Shown here piece by piece: positions 41,001 to 53,256 of a DNA stretch of 64,000 nt; the first letter of the stretch is position 1; every line of letters starts with the position of its first letter. This stretch comes from Octopus vulgaris (taxonomy: Eukaryota). The position numbers were made by a program, and so were the translations under genes. The stretch is taken from assembly GCA_951406725.2 (NCBI GenBank), contig OX597815.1, positions 87,110,001 through 87,174,000 of the forward strand, written 5' to 3'. Under the pieces are notes generated by a model that saw nothing but the letters and a program-made list of their open reading frames with translations, was not told the DNA's origin and made no database searches.

Positions 41001-42282
41001 GTTACTGTACTTGGATGGACGGGATCAGGATCACTGATGAAAGAAGGGTTCGAATAAAAGGGGCTACAGAGATGATAGTAAAACGCTGCCTATGGGTTCT
41101 GGAAGAGCTAGCTACCGAATTTGGTTTGAAACTGAACGTGGTCTTTGTGCCCTCAGAAAGGAATAAGGCAGACATTCTAATCAGGAAGAAAAAAGCTTGG
41201 TTGGCGGTACTGGAAGATTCGGAGCGAAGGATAGCTGCAGTGTATCGGCTAGGTGACTCAGAACAAAGAAGACTGCATATGAGCATGGAGAGAACTCTGT
41301 ATTTTGCGGATTGTGTTGGATGGCGATATGGAGGGAAATTAAGATGAACACTGCAGATGGGGTTGCACGAATCCTGACAGAGATATTCCTAGAGCGGGGC
41401 CCTGTGGACGAATTGCAAATTGATAACGACACTGCATTTCGTTCAGAGGTGCTGAAGGAGATGCTTGATAAGTGGAATGTGCACCGCTTCTTCAGTGTGG
41501 TATACAAGCACAATCGCACGATCAAAGCCATGGCGAAGAGGGGGCGCATCTCACTACTGGAAACGGTATTTTAGTATATGTCACCCCGATCAGGATAGGC
41601 CGAGGAGTCCGTGCCACACAGAGGTATGAATGGCAACATCCGTATACAGCATCACAATACCCTGTGGAAGAGAGAAAGCCTACCTTCGTGCAGATAGGAG
41701 ATGAAGTCTGGGTCAAACCCTCAAAAGCATGCTGCACATCTCTGTGGAACAAAGAGGTAGTGACAACTGTTCATTTCCAAAAATAGTGTCTCTCTAGATA
41801 AAATGCTGCATCATGTCATGGATGTTTGCAGAAGCGTCATTTCTTCGGGAGACAAAAAGGGAGGAGAAGAAGTGAACGGTGCTCCATTCCTGCGGAGATG
41901 AAAGCGAGTGGTCCATCCAGGTGGATGGCAGATTTCAACATGGATGGGAGGATCTTTGAGATCGGGTGGTGAGGAGGTGTGTAGATGAGGTGGACCAGGA
42001 GTAAAAGGTCAGTGACGTCAAAGACTGAGGACCCCTACCGGAAGAGAAAGAGTGAGGGAGGTCTCGTGGGCGGAAGTAGGACCAGCGTTGGCCTCTTCGC
42101 TTCCCGACGGTCGTGACGGACAGACGCGTATGGACGTACGGGCTAGACAGGAAGCTTACCGTTAGATTCTGGCGATAGGTTAGGCGGGTAGGGCGCCTTT
42201 CAGATGTAACCCAGCTGGCTAGCCGACGCTGCAAGAGTACTTGAGAGGTAGGTGAATCGTACTTGGTTCCTCATACTATACA
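41000..42282 (+). mobile_element. Ty3/Gypsy-like LTR retrotransposon 3' fragment (RNase H end, integrase, PPT, 3' LTR)
   Basis: VFVPSERNKADIL (RNase H C-terminus), IFLERGPVDELQIDNDTAFRS...HNRTIKAM (integrase core) and IGDEVWVK. A purine tract ggtggtgaggagg precedes an LTR at 41978-42282 with inverted ends tgtgtagatgagg / cctcatactataca. Confidence 0.8.
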
Positions 42283-43170
42283 AACTCATCCCTATTTCTA
42301 TGAAAAAAATATATAGTACCAGTAATATACTGAAATGGTTAATTAAACAAGAACATATTTTATTATCTCTGGCATTCCGAATAGTATGTTTGACTGACAG
42401 TAAGATTGCTTGACCGAACCCATCCTGCTTCAAGTTGCTCCCTACGAAAGGAAATTAGCCATACGAGAAATGGTGGGAGGAAAATTTTGCGGAGAATTGA
42501 ATTTGATTTGCAGACTTGGCCTACCAGGAGATTATTGCCATCTTATGACACTTTCGTCTTAACTTCAAACCAAGCAAGAAAATATGTTCTAAAATGATAA
42601 ATATTTTACATAATAGACAAGTGTAGATTAGTGGTTAGAGGAATTTTCTTCTAGCCTGTTATAAATAACTATTATGAATTTCTGTTTAAAAAAATAATCA
42701 AGATTTCTAATATAAGCACAAGCCAAAAAGGTTTAGTGAACAGATATAATTGTTTAAATTTACTCCACTATTTGATAGGTGCTTTGGACAGGGGTGTGAC
42801 ATACGAGAACAAAAATACTGTTCTGGTAATGCAACAATGCTAGGAAAAAATAATTTTTAAAGTCGGACGTCGGGTATAATTGATTAAAACAACACCAAGA
42901 TTTGACTGATACTTCTTTTATAGATCTTGGAAGAGCGGAAAACAAAGTCGGCCGCGGCGAAATTTTATATAGCTAAATATTATACAACTGATTCCGTTAT
43001 TCGTAGTCCTGCAATAAATGGATAATAAATAGCGACTCTACATAAGGGCAGTGGATTTATATGATCGATTTTTATTGATTATACTTCCTAAGCTTGTAAA
43101 ATAAATGCAAGTTGAATACTGAGGTCGACCTTATCGACTGTAACCATTCCAAAAAATGTGGGGGCTTATA

Positions 43171-43405
43171 TACCTATTTCTTTACTACCCACAAGGGACT
43201 AAACACAGAGAGGACAAACAAGGACAGACAAACGGATTAAGTCGATTATATCGACCCCAGTGCGTAACTGGTACTTACTTTGTCAACCCCGATAGATGAA
43301 AGGCAAAGTCGACCTAGGCGGAATTTGAACTCAGAACGTAGCGGCAGACGAAATACTGCTAAGCATTTCGCCCGGCGTGCTAACGTTTCTGCCAGTTCGC
43401 CGCCT
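43171..43405 (-). mobile_element. young SINE family A monomer (tail A)
   Basis: Near-consensus head, core and tail A. gggcttata occurs on both flanks (possible TSD). Confidence 0.85.
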
Positions 43406-43920
43406 GTAAAGGGCTTATACCCCTACGTTAGACATCGATACCGACAGTACTTAACAACAGATGGGAAAGAAATGGTGAATTGCTGTTGAATGCTTCGATG
43501 GCCATATGGTTTGTAATGTCCAGTGCTAGTCATTATCAATCAAACATTCTAGTTCTGTATCCATTATCAATCAAACATTTTAGTTCTGTATCCATATCCA
43601 TTAGAAGTGACTGTTCTTATATTCAGCTTTAAATAGTTTTTGAAGGTCAGATTTATTTTATATTTGGTATAAATGTTAATGTAGAACATTCAATTAATGT
43701 AATAGTCTTGGAAAGGAAAAATACACTTTGCGCAATTGAAATTAAAATCAATGAATCAATATTTATTTATTTCAGGTAAATGGAGCGACAGAAACATTTG
43801 AACACACGTGGAGATGATGTTCAGAATTTAGAAGAGGAGTCACAGATACTCTGTTCAAATCCGACCGTGTACCTTTTATGCCAAAGCGAAAGAATTTTAA
43901 AACTCAATTCCAGTTATATA

Positions 43921-44688
43921 TTAGTTTTGAAATTTGGCACAAGACTAGCAATTTAAGGGAAGGGATTTATTCGATTACATCGACTCCAGTGCTGAACGAT
44001 ACTTATTTTATCGACCCCGAAAAAGATGAAAGACAAAGTCAACCTCGGCGGAATTTGAACTCAAAATGTAAATACGAACGAAATATCTATTTCTTTACTA
44101 CCCGCAAGGGGCTAAACACAGAGAGAACAAACAAGGACAGAAAAACGGATTAAGTCGATTATATCGACCCCAGTGCGTAACTGGTACTTATTTAATCGAC
44201 CCCGAAAGGATAAAAGGCAAAGTCGACCTCGGCGGAATTTGAACTCAGAGCGTAGCGGCAGATAAAATACCTATTTCTTTACTACCCACAAGGGGCTAAA
44301 CGCAGAAAGGACAAACAAGGACAGACAAACGGATTAAGTTTATTATATCGACCCCAGTGCGTAACTGGTACTTATTTAATCGACTCCGGAAGGATGAAAT
44401 GCAAAGTCGACCTCGGCGGAATTTGAACACAGAACGTAGCGGCAGACGAAATACCTATTTCTTTACTACCCACGAGGGGCTAAACACAGAGAGAACAAAC
44501 AAGGACAGACAAACGGATTAAGTCGATTATATCGACCCCATTGCGTAACTGGTACTTATTTAATCGACCCTGAAAGGATGAAAGGCAAAGTCGACCTCGG
44601 CGGAATTTGAACTCAGAACGTAGCGGCAAATGAAATATCGCTCAGTATTTCGCCTGGCGTGCTAACGTTTCTGCCAGCTCGCCGCCTT
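43921..44688 (-). mobile_element. SINE family A tetramer flanked by a 15-bp TSD
   Basis: One head, three 184-bp core+tail A units (ctatttctttacta at 44087, 44271, 44455) and a final core+tail B. Direct repeat aattccagttatata at 43906-43920 and 44689-44703. Confidence 0.9.
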
Positions 44689-45372
44689 AATTCCAGTTAT
44701 ATAATAGCATTTGGCTATGGTCACTTACAGACATAGCTTTGAAGTTTTTCAAAAGAAATCTATATTTTTTCATTTAGCAAATATCGGAGAATAATATAAG
44801 TCTTGTCGACCAAAGACTATGATGTGGTTTTAATGATTCTCAGTCGACCAAAAATCTATCACAAGTTACACTTCTGACACTTCACAAACTTTCATATACT
44901 CTATAGACTTCACAAACTTTCATATAATCTAAAATATAAGACTCTTGTGATTTTTTCAAAAAATTACATTTATTTCACACACGCCATATAAATAGTTAGT
45001 TGCTGGACTATTCAAAACAAATTACAACTTGCTTATGGAGTGTTGACAAAACCAGTGCTAAGCACTAGGAAATCTAAAAGGTCAACTGGAGTCTGAGGAC
45101 AGGACACAAATTCTGACTCGGACAAAATTTCTTCACCCAACTATGAAAATTTTGTGAGAAAATGAGCAGGAGATGTTGATTCTGCTGTAGAGGAGGACGA
45201 AGGGTGTGATGGCTGGGGAGGAGGAAAGGATAATATTGTGTGGTGATACAATGTATCATATGATCTGGTGTGAAACATTTCAAATTTTGCCAAATGACAG
45301 ATTTACTCAATGTTGAGCTTGATTCATAAAACTATTGGTTCGCAAGTTAATTATAATGTTTTTTATTGATTA

Positions 45373-46064
45373 CTAGCAGTATAACCCGGCCTTGCCCGGG
45401 AGTTCTTTATTTCAAACTAAACTAAGTAATATCGACGTCAAATTTGGGCAAAATCCGTTGAAATTTGTTATATTATATATATATTTTATATATTATATAT
45501 ATATATAATATAATATAATATAATATAATATAAATATATATGGGCAACAGACACGAACACACATGTACGTACGTACACCTATTGCATGTTTTGTGCATGT
45601 TCATAAACAGAAATGAATGGGAAAATGCTGTTTCTGGCCTCCTAATATGCTACTAAACCCTTTTTGTGGTCCGTGAAACGGAGTGAGTGTGGTGGAAGCC
45701 TTGGAAATTGTACCCATTTATATTGTGCAACTCACTGACAAATTGCTACTCACCTCTTTTTTTCTTTGTTGTTAAATAAATGGATTGTCAACAAAACACT
45801 TTTTTTACTCGGCGTAAAATCAAAACAAAACTCTTTCACACCCAAAGTAATGTGTGTGAGAGAGAGGGTGGGGGAGAAAGATGAACGATTTAAAATAAAT
45901 AAATGATTTAAAATAAATATATTGTAATTGTTGTGTGAGAAAGTATATATACTATGATTATAAAATATAGTGTCTTTCAAAAACATCCTGAATTTGAACA
46001 CTATATCTCGTGTTTAAGAAAAGACAAAACATTTTACATTTTATATTTTATGAACATCGTCACT

Positions 46065-46104
<40 letters not shown>

Positions 46105-46505
46105 TTGTCTTTCCCGTGAAACTCTCTGCTTCTCTTCCACTTTTATTTATCTTGTTTTTTTTTGTTAGACGCCGTCAGAAAGCTATGGCTGAAAATAGAT
46201 TTTTATGAACGTCGTCACTTACTCTCTCTCCCTCTCTCACTTTGTCTTTCCCGTGAAACTCTCTGCCTCTCTTCTTCCACTTTTCTTTATCCTGTTTTTT
46301 TTTTTTTGTTAGACGCCGTCAAAAAGCTATGGCTGAAAATAGATTTTTACCGCTAAAAGTTATGGCTGAAAATAGATTTTTATCGCTATCCGCGGGTGCC
46401 TCGGGAAAAAAATAAGTTGACAAAACCCAGATAGGATGTTGACGAATGTCCTCCTAAAATTTGAGCGACATGCGTGCTAATTTGTGGATGTGCATAAACT
46501 ACAAT

Positions 46506-46544
<39 letters not shown>

Positions 46545-47645
46545 CTTGCCGTATATATATACAGATATATATAAATATATATGTATTCACAACCACATGG
46601 TTCTGGGTTCATTACTATTGCGTGACACTTTGGGCAAGTGTCTTCTGCTATAGACTCGGGCCGACCAGAGACTTGTGAGTTTATCTGGTTGACGTAAAAA
46701 AATTTTTTTGAAAATTTTCCACAAAAATTTTTGAAAAGTTTTTTGAAAATTTTCCTCAAAAATTTTTGAAAATTTTCCCCAAAGATCTTTGAAAATTTTC
46801 CCAAAAAATTTTAGAAAAATTTTTTGAAATTTTTTCCCAAAAGTTTTTGAAAAGTTTTTTGAAAATTTACCCCAAAAATTTTTGAAAATTTTCCCCAAAA
46901 ATTTGTGAAAAATTTCTTCTATCGAAGGCATTTCAACAAAAATGCTTCTGTAAAGACGGTGAAAATATTGTCAATTTCCCCAAACAGGGATACAATTCAA
47001 TTTTTAAACAATAACCAAAGCCCCTTCTCCGAAAGGGGGAGGGTTACGGTTTACAATTATTTAACAAATGCAACACAACAACGCTTCCCTGACGAGGAAC
47101 CAACAAACGTGATTACAATAGTCAAGCAATAATAATAATAACAACAAACCTTTTTAATTTATCACTATTTATGTGAAACCACTTATTCAAGTTCAAGTCA
47201 TTGATGCAATTTTATACGAATTGCTAATACACACACACACACATAATAAGGGTGAAAATTTGAATATTAATTTGATTAATATGAATTGAAAATCAGTGGT
47301 GTAGCATATAAGACCATAGCGGATCTTCTTCTAGCAAAATGGTTGACCATTCTTAATGGTTCATCCCTGTTATATAATATTTTCACTTTAATAGTGAAAG
47401 TGTCTGCATTACAAAAGAGAGATGTTTTTGTTTCACTTTTAACACGTAATACTGAAATAGTGGAGAAGATATGATATTGCTGTGGGGTCGCCCTAGGGAA
47501 AAAGTTAAGATTTTTTGCCGATGACATTCCCCGGACATGTGTAAGGCATGTATTAAATTTGAATGAAATTGGTTGTGTAGTTCTCAAGTTTTAGGGAAAC
47601 ACACAGACAGACAGACACACATTCTCAGTTTTATATATAGAGAGA
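45373..47645 (-). mobile_element. non-autonomous Helitron (~2.3 kb)
   Basis: The minus strand starts A|TCTCTCTATATATAAAACTGAGAATGTGTGTCTGTCTGTCTG and ends with hairpin CCCGGGCAAGGCCGGG followed by TTATACTGCTAG|T. Internal tandem duplication ~46062-46390, a SINE B fragment and a minisatellite. Confidence 0.8.
46696..46920. repeat. A/T-tract minisatellite, unit ~21 bp (aaaatttttgaaaattttccc)
   Basis: About ten degenerate units are directly visible. Confidence 0.9.
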
Positions 47646-49050
47646 TAATTGGGAATCAGCACTGAGCTTTCAGCGAAGTTCTCAAGGTTAATTAACTACT
47701 TGAAAGTAACGTAGGAGAGCAATTCTTCCGAACTCTTGCTCCTTGAGAAGAGAAAGAGACTCAAAGTGAAAAAGGTAGTCGTCATTTAAGGATGTTTCCA
47801 TCAAATTTGAAATGATGGATGTAATGGTGAAAAGAAGGTAATTGACAAGGCCAGAGTTGTCGCGTTTTGTAAAAATAGCAAGAGTGAAGATCTACATAAT
47901 GACAGCGGCTAACTCTTAAGTGCATTATTTGAGGTTAATGAAAGGGACACTGTAAGGACCAGTTGCTTATTAGGCTTCTCTAATCAGAGAAGTTATTGCT
48001 GTCTAGTCCTTAATAAACTCTAATCGAGCAGACCCATGACCAGAAGTATCGTAGCCATGCCCCTTTCTACCTTTTTCCGTTTTTACCTGATAACTTGAAA
48101 GTATTTTCCAGTGTGTATTTCCCTTTTTTAATGTAATTGTGTATGATAGGCCAGAGATTTGGTAAATTTCTCCAACAGTCGAGAAATCACATAAAGCATC
48201 TCTCGTTGGTTTTAGTTAGAGAAGTTTCAACACTTTTGAGATCGCATGTAAGTTTATAGTGCAAATTCGGAGTTGGAGGCAACTACAGTGAGGTTTTTCT
48301 TGATAACATTCATAGCCTTTTTTCATATTTTGGTAAGAGAGATGCTAACATACCACCCAATTTAGTACCAGCACATGGTTACTGGGTGCTTCTGGCAAAG
48401 TTCACTGCTGCATGCATTCAGACCATACTATCCCACCCTCTCGTCCCAATAACCTCCCTATCCACAATATTTTTTCATGCAAATATTTGAGATGGGCATA
48501 AGATTTTACCATTCCGAAAAGGTTATCCCAGCGCCTTACAAAAAAAAACTGAAAATATAAAAAGACAATTGTATTAAAGAGCAACAGAGAGAAACTAATC
48601 CTTATAGCTGAACAAATTGAATAGATCTTATCTCTAGAAAGTTCTGAGGATGTTGACTATGAAACCAATATTATACGATAATTGCAGCAGATGATATGCA
48701 GCAAACAGCATGAATAAAAGAATTTGACATTTCAAAAAACTTCAGTCTTGGAGATAAACTTTCAAATCTGAACTACTTTAAGATATGAGACATTAGGAAT
48801 CATAAAAAAAGATGCATTAAGATGATGATCAAAATAGGTAAGTGAGCTAGAATGTAAAATAGATGGATATAGTAGCACTGCAAAGCACATAAATTTTTAC
48901 TATTGGTTTTACATTCATTTTTCTATGCTAAAATGGATTGAAGAAGTCGCCGTCGTTATCTTATAACTTCCACATTACCATTTGGCTGAATCAGCCATTG
49001 ATTCATATGATAAATACTATATGCTGACAGCTGGAATTTAGCTTAACCAT

Positions 49051-49119
49051 CAGCAACGGAGTGGTTACTACTGAGAGCTAAGCGAAACTAGCTAGCTAGT
49101 ATAGTAACCGCGCTCGCTG
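49051..49119 (+). ncRNA. type I hammerhead ribozyme motif (N7 deleted)
   Basis: Stem I GGTTACTA/TAGTAACC (perfect 8 bp, 49063-49070/49102-49109), core CTGA-GA, stem II GC-taa-GC, GAAAC, palindromic stem III ACTAGCTAGCTAGT, cleavage triplet GTA (49099-49101). Confidence 0.7.
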
Positions 49120-49288
49120 TGGGGCGGTTATCTCCCATGTCTGTACATAGACCTGTGCTTTTTTGCAATTATAAGTGCCTTTGACTCTTGTTTCTAGCAA
49201 TGTGTGTGCTTCCTAGCACCCTCAGTCACTATTAGCGACAATTGAAATGTTCCCTTTTGGTTTTATATTGCGCCAAGCCGCCTTCGTT

Positions 49289-49339
<51 letters not shown>

Positions 49340-49434
49340 AATGAAAGATAGAAGATGGAATATACGATAATTTATTATTAATCACGACAATTGTTTCGAC
49401 ACATCTAGCATCGATTCCTCATTCGTTTTATTAT

Positions 49435-49522
<88 letters not shown>

Positions 49523-49574
49523 ATAATTGGTATTGTCAATATTATCTTTATTACAGCCATTACTACAACCATAA

Positions 49575-49860
49575 CTTAGTGGTTAAGGTGTTGCACTCAC
49601 GATCGCGAGACCGTGGTTTCAATTCCTAGATTGGGTAGTGCGTTGTGTTCTTGATCAAAACACTTCATTTCACACCGTTTTACGATCGCTTCGACACCTG
49701 ACTTATGGTACACCGTGCACCTGTTCAGGCAACGTCGATTTGATGGAGGGAGTGAGCTAATGTACAACACATACTTTTGATCACTATAAACAAATTATTT
49801 GTGCAGGTCGTTCGGCAAAAGTTGAATACTCATATGTCGTCTTCGACAGGAGAGTCCATC
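49575..49860 (+). mobile_element. SINE family C
   Basis: tRNA-like head plus body clearly homologous to 53460-53745. Confidence 0.8.
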
Positions 49861-49929
49861 ACTACAACCATTATTATTATCATTATCAACATTATTAGTG
49901 TTTTCAGTTCTATATTTAAGAGATGAGGA

Positions 49930-50334
49930 ATTATGTACACTATTTACATTAATTATATTTGACCTCATCTTGTTTATTGTTAACACGACGTTTTGGCTGA
50001 TATACCCTCCAGCCTTCATCAAATGTCTTGGGAAAATTTCGAACCTGGGTTCTCTTTCCTAAGGTATTTTTCGACGTTATTATTAACATATGGCGTAGTG
50101 GTTAAGAGCGCGGGCTACTAACCCCAAGATTCTGAGTTCGATTCCAGGCAGTGACCTGAACAACAACAGCAACAACAACAACAACAATAATAATAATAAC
50201 ATCGAAAAATACCTGAGGAAAGAGAACCCAGGTTCGGAATTTCCCCAAGACACCTGATGAAGGCTGGAGGGTATATCAGCCGAAACGCTGTGTTAAGAAC
50301 AAATATCCGTCAAATGTAAATAATGTACATTAAT
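49930..50334 (+). mobile_element. composite element: inverted hammerhead arm, tRNA-like Pol III head, (AAC)n(AAT)n, hammerhead arm
   Basis: Arms 49930-50085 and 50188-50334 are reverse-complementary. A box tggcgtagtgg (50091-50101), B box agttcgattcc (50135-50145), and gacac-CTGATGA-a-GGCTG...CAGCC-GAAAC-gct-gtgtt at 50249-50294. Confidence 0.8.
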
Positions 50335-51743
50335 GTTGTTGTCATTTATTTATGGCATCATAGTTATTAATGGTATCTTCTATAATAATAAACTTGAAAT
50401 TCTGTTTGTCTGGGACCCCTGTATCTCACTCTATATTTGCCCTACATAGACATACTATACCTTTTTCGAATCAGGATGATCCCGGGTTTGAAAATCTGTC
50501 CTTCATTTGGTTCTTGAACATCCGACATTGGGATCTGATTTAAATGCATCTGGGTTGCTATTTCTAGCAGGTAAAGCATGGCTGATTCATGCCATCTTGC
50601 TGGGCGTTTGTCAGATTACGTCAGAGATCAAGGGTGGGATAAATGACATTCGCTTCGTTAATTTTACGTCGAGATAAGAACTTTGGGACAAATTGGCCAA
50701 CAGTTAGAATTCAGATTGCATTACAGAATTAATTTTCATCCGTCCTTAACCTCTGACCAAACACCAACGGGGCATATAGTCATTATAGATGTATTATAGT
50801 CGTGCTACTTAGCTTTCTTTAGTCTTAGGCTGCAGGCCCAATTAACCCTCCGTAGGAGCTAGCTTAAAAATCCCCATGGAGTGCGGCTTTTTAGTTAGTT
50901 ATTAACATAACAAAGTTGGCGATCTGGCAGAATCATTAGCATGCCCGGCAAGATACTTAGTGGCCGTTCTTCCGGGTTTGCGTTGAGTTCAAATTCCACC
51001 CAGGTCGACTTTACCTTTCATCTTTCAGGATCGATTGGGTTTTGGATAGAAAATTCACAAAAAGTCACTTCTATTGATTTTTTAATGGCTTTGTGGGGTG
51101 GCTGGAGAAATGTAAAGCTATGCACGACCACCCTTGGACGGTTTTGAATGACCATAGAAAGTGCGAGCCCTCTAACTGAAAAATTGTGGATTTGTATAAA
51201 GGACACGCACGCAGACATTTTGCCGTTTATATATATAGAGATTAAAGAAAAAGAAAGTTGTGAATACACACACACACACAACATACATACATAAATACAT
51301 ACACACATATATACATATATGTACTTACAACCACATATATACACACACAAACGCACACATGTATATATACACACACATACATATACATATATAAATCAAG
51401 AGATGATAGACGTAAACATACACACAAGACGTGTTAATCACATGTATCATCCTTATTTCATTCATATAGAATCTGAAAGTCCAAGAGGTTTTATGTAAGC
51501 CGTAAGTATTTCCAATCAAGCTCCAATGAAGTACAAACAGCAGCTACAACACTCCCCTTTAAAAGGCTCCACCATGTGTAATATAAACCATTGTATGTTG
51601 TAATTTATATATTTTTTTTTAATTTAAGTTCCATATATATTCTGAGAGGGATGTTTTGTGGGCTTGTCTTGAGTAAGAGAAAATATTTTTAAAAAAGTAA
51701 AATCATTTATTATAGTCCAAGAATGACACAAGGTAGAATTTAA

Positions 51744-51981
51744 CCCTTCAGCATTCAGATTCTATGTCAAATGTAATGCTCATTTATTCACATTGTTTTT
51801 AATTAATCATGCCTTATCAAGCAGCTTCGATATTTCAATGGTGTGTTTGTTTTGTTTTTGTTTGTTTTTTTTTTGTTTTTTTTAGAATGATATTATGTTA
51901 GATGTGAAAGGCTGAATTTGGTCAATTTTAGCATAAAACATAATATTTAAGCCAGATATGACCGGTTTGAATGCTAAAGGG
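51744..51981. mobile_element. piggyBac-type MITE (~240 bp)
   Basis: TTAA|cccttcagcattcaga ... tttgaatgctaaaggg|TTTA: CCC-initiated TIRs with a TTAA-like target site. Confidence 0.75.
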
Positions 51982-52149
51982 TTTATGTTGTAGTGTATAA
52001 CATCTATAGACATTTTCCCTATACACTCTCCACCCAAAGGACAACTCTTGGAATCTCAGAAGTTACAGTTAACTTTGTCCACACTATACTGTTTGGTGTA
52101 GTTACTTTTATTACTAGTATTATTATTATTGTTGTTGTTGTTATTAGTT

Positions 52150-52322
52150 AGGCGGCGGTATTTCGCCCGTTGTTACGTTCTGAGTTCAAATTCCGCCGAG
52201 ATCGACTTTACCTTCCATCCTTTCAGGGTCGATAAAATAAGTACCAGTTGAACACTGGGGTCGATGTAATCGAATCATCCCCTTCCCCAAAATTGCTGCC
52301 CTTGCGGCAAAATTTGAAACCA
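52150..52322 (+). mobile_element. SINE family A (core plus tail B, internally deleted head)
   Basis: Near-identical to the last unit of the 4007-4590 array. Confidence 0.85.
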
Positions 52323-52324
52323 GG

Positions 52325-53250
52325 CGCTCTGCCAGTCGGTCAATGGGATCAGGGATGTTCCATTTCAGAAATTTAGAAATTAGTGGCGGGGAAGTGCGAC
52401 GACATCTTCGGGAAGACTCAAGGCGCCGACGAAAACGAATTGGCTGGTCTGTTCCGGAGGACTTTCCGATCAGGAATCATCATGGATAATTTCCAGATGT
52501 CCTTGACTGGCAGTGCTACAGGCACGGATGTACTGTCAAACGGGCTTGTCCAAGGTGTGCGCAGAGTGACGAAACTCGTTCAGTGTCCGGACATTGCTGA
52601 CTTGTGAGGTTATGTCGAACAGCTGCTGTCACGTGTGGGACGGATCCGTCTATCGGGGTAGTCTGTAGTTATGATCGCCCTGCCGCCCTCCTTTAATCGG
52701 GCAGGCAAGGCAGTTTTCCTTTACCTGGTGGCTGTGGCGAAAAAGGTTTAGTGGACAAAGCTGAAAGGCATGATGACAGATACATTCCTCTTTGGTAGAG
52801 CTCTCATTGACTTCAAGTTTCACTTAAAAAAGAGATCAAGAGTGGAGAGGGAAGTGCTGTCCACGAGTGATAGGTGGGTGAAAGTTGGGTGAAACTTTCG
52901 AAAATGGCAAGAGTGGATGATACCTCTCTCAGTGTAGATCTGTAAATCGGAGAGAAGGAATTGGAGAGGGCACTTGCTCTTGGGATTTCAGGGAAACCTC
53001 GAACAGCGGGGCTCCTCGATTATCCCTAGAGGTCTTTCTGTATCAGGAGGTCCACATCTCTATCATCTTCCATGCCACTATTTTTTAACCTTTGTATGCT
53101 ATGCATATGTCCCTTCTTTCTCAGTATATACCGTGTATAATTTGTTTTTTTTTATATCATTTCATTATATGTAACCCTCCACTCTTTATGTCTGCTTTTG
53201 CATTGCTCCCCTCAACCTTCACCCTTTTGGCAAATAAACGAAATCATTAT
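52325..53250 (+). mobile_element. L1/Tx1-clade LINE 3' end (same family as 17297-17760)
   Basis: GLFRRTF...MDNFQMSL.WQCY...LVQCPDIADL*GYVEQLLSRVG parallels the 17.3-kb copy. 3' UTR ends in AATAAA plus (ATT)n. Confidence 0.8.
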
Positions 53251-53256
53251 TATTAC

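Noticed and set aside
43531-43593. 31-bp tandem duplication (and small duplications near 35845-35895 and 44880-44930)
   Set aside because: Ordinary local slippage duplications with no further structure.
43776-43956. Plus-strand acceptor-like site followed by a ~58-codon frame MERQKHLNTRGDDVQ...
   Set aside because: The frame is short, runs into a SINE, has no clear donor and no recognisable homology.
43921-44688. Regularly spaced repeats resembling a CRISPR array
   Set aside because: The units are 184-bp full tandem copies with no unique spacers, belong to a dispersed SINE family, and have no cas genes in a eukaryotic context.
47085-47115. CTGACGA-GG-AA-CC hammerhead-like start (also a CTGACGA on the minus strand near 10145)
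   Set aside because: No GAAA strand or stem I/III follows; probably chance matches.
49370-49402. Minus-strand GAAAC-AATT-GTC and similar GAAAC-agtacta-GTC near 36030
   Set aside because: Only the 3' half of a hammerhead is present. These may be truncated PLE termini but cannot be called ribozymes.
50091-50157. Possible tRNA gene (also the heads at 7800-7858, 19115, 35160, 49575)
   Set aside because: A and B boxes are present, but there is no complete acceptor stem or terminator and each head runs into repeat bodies, so these are SINE heads.
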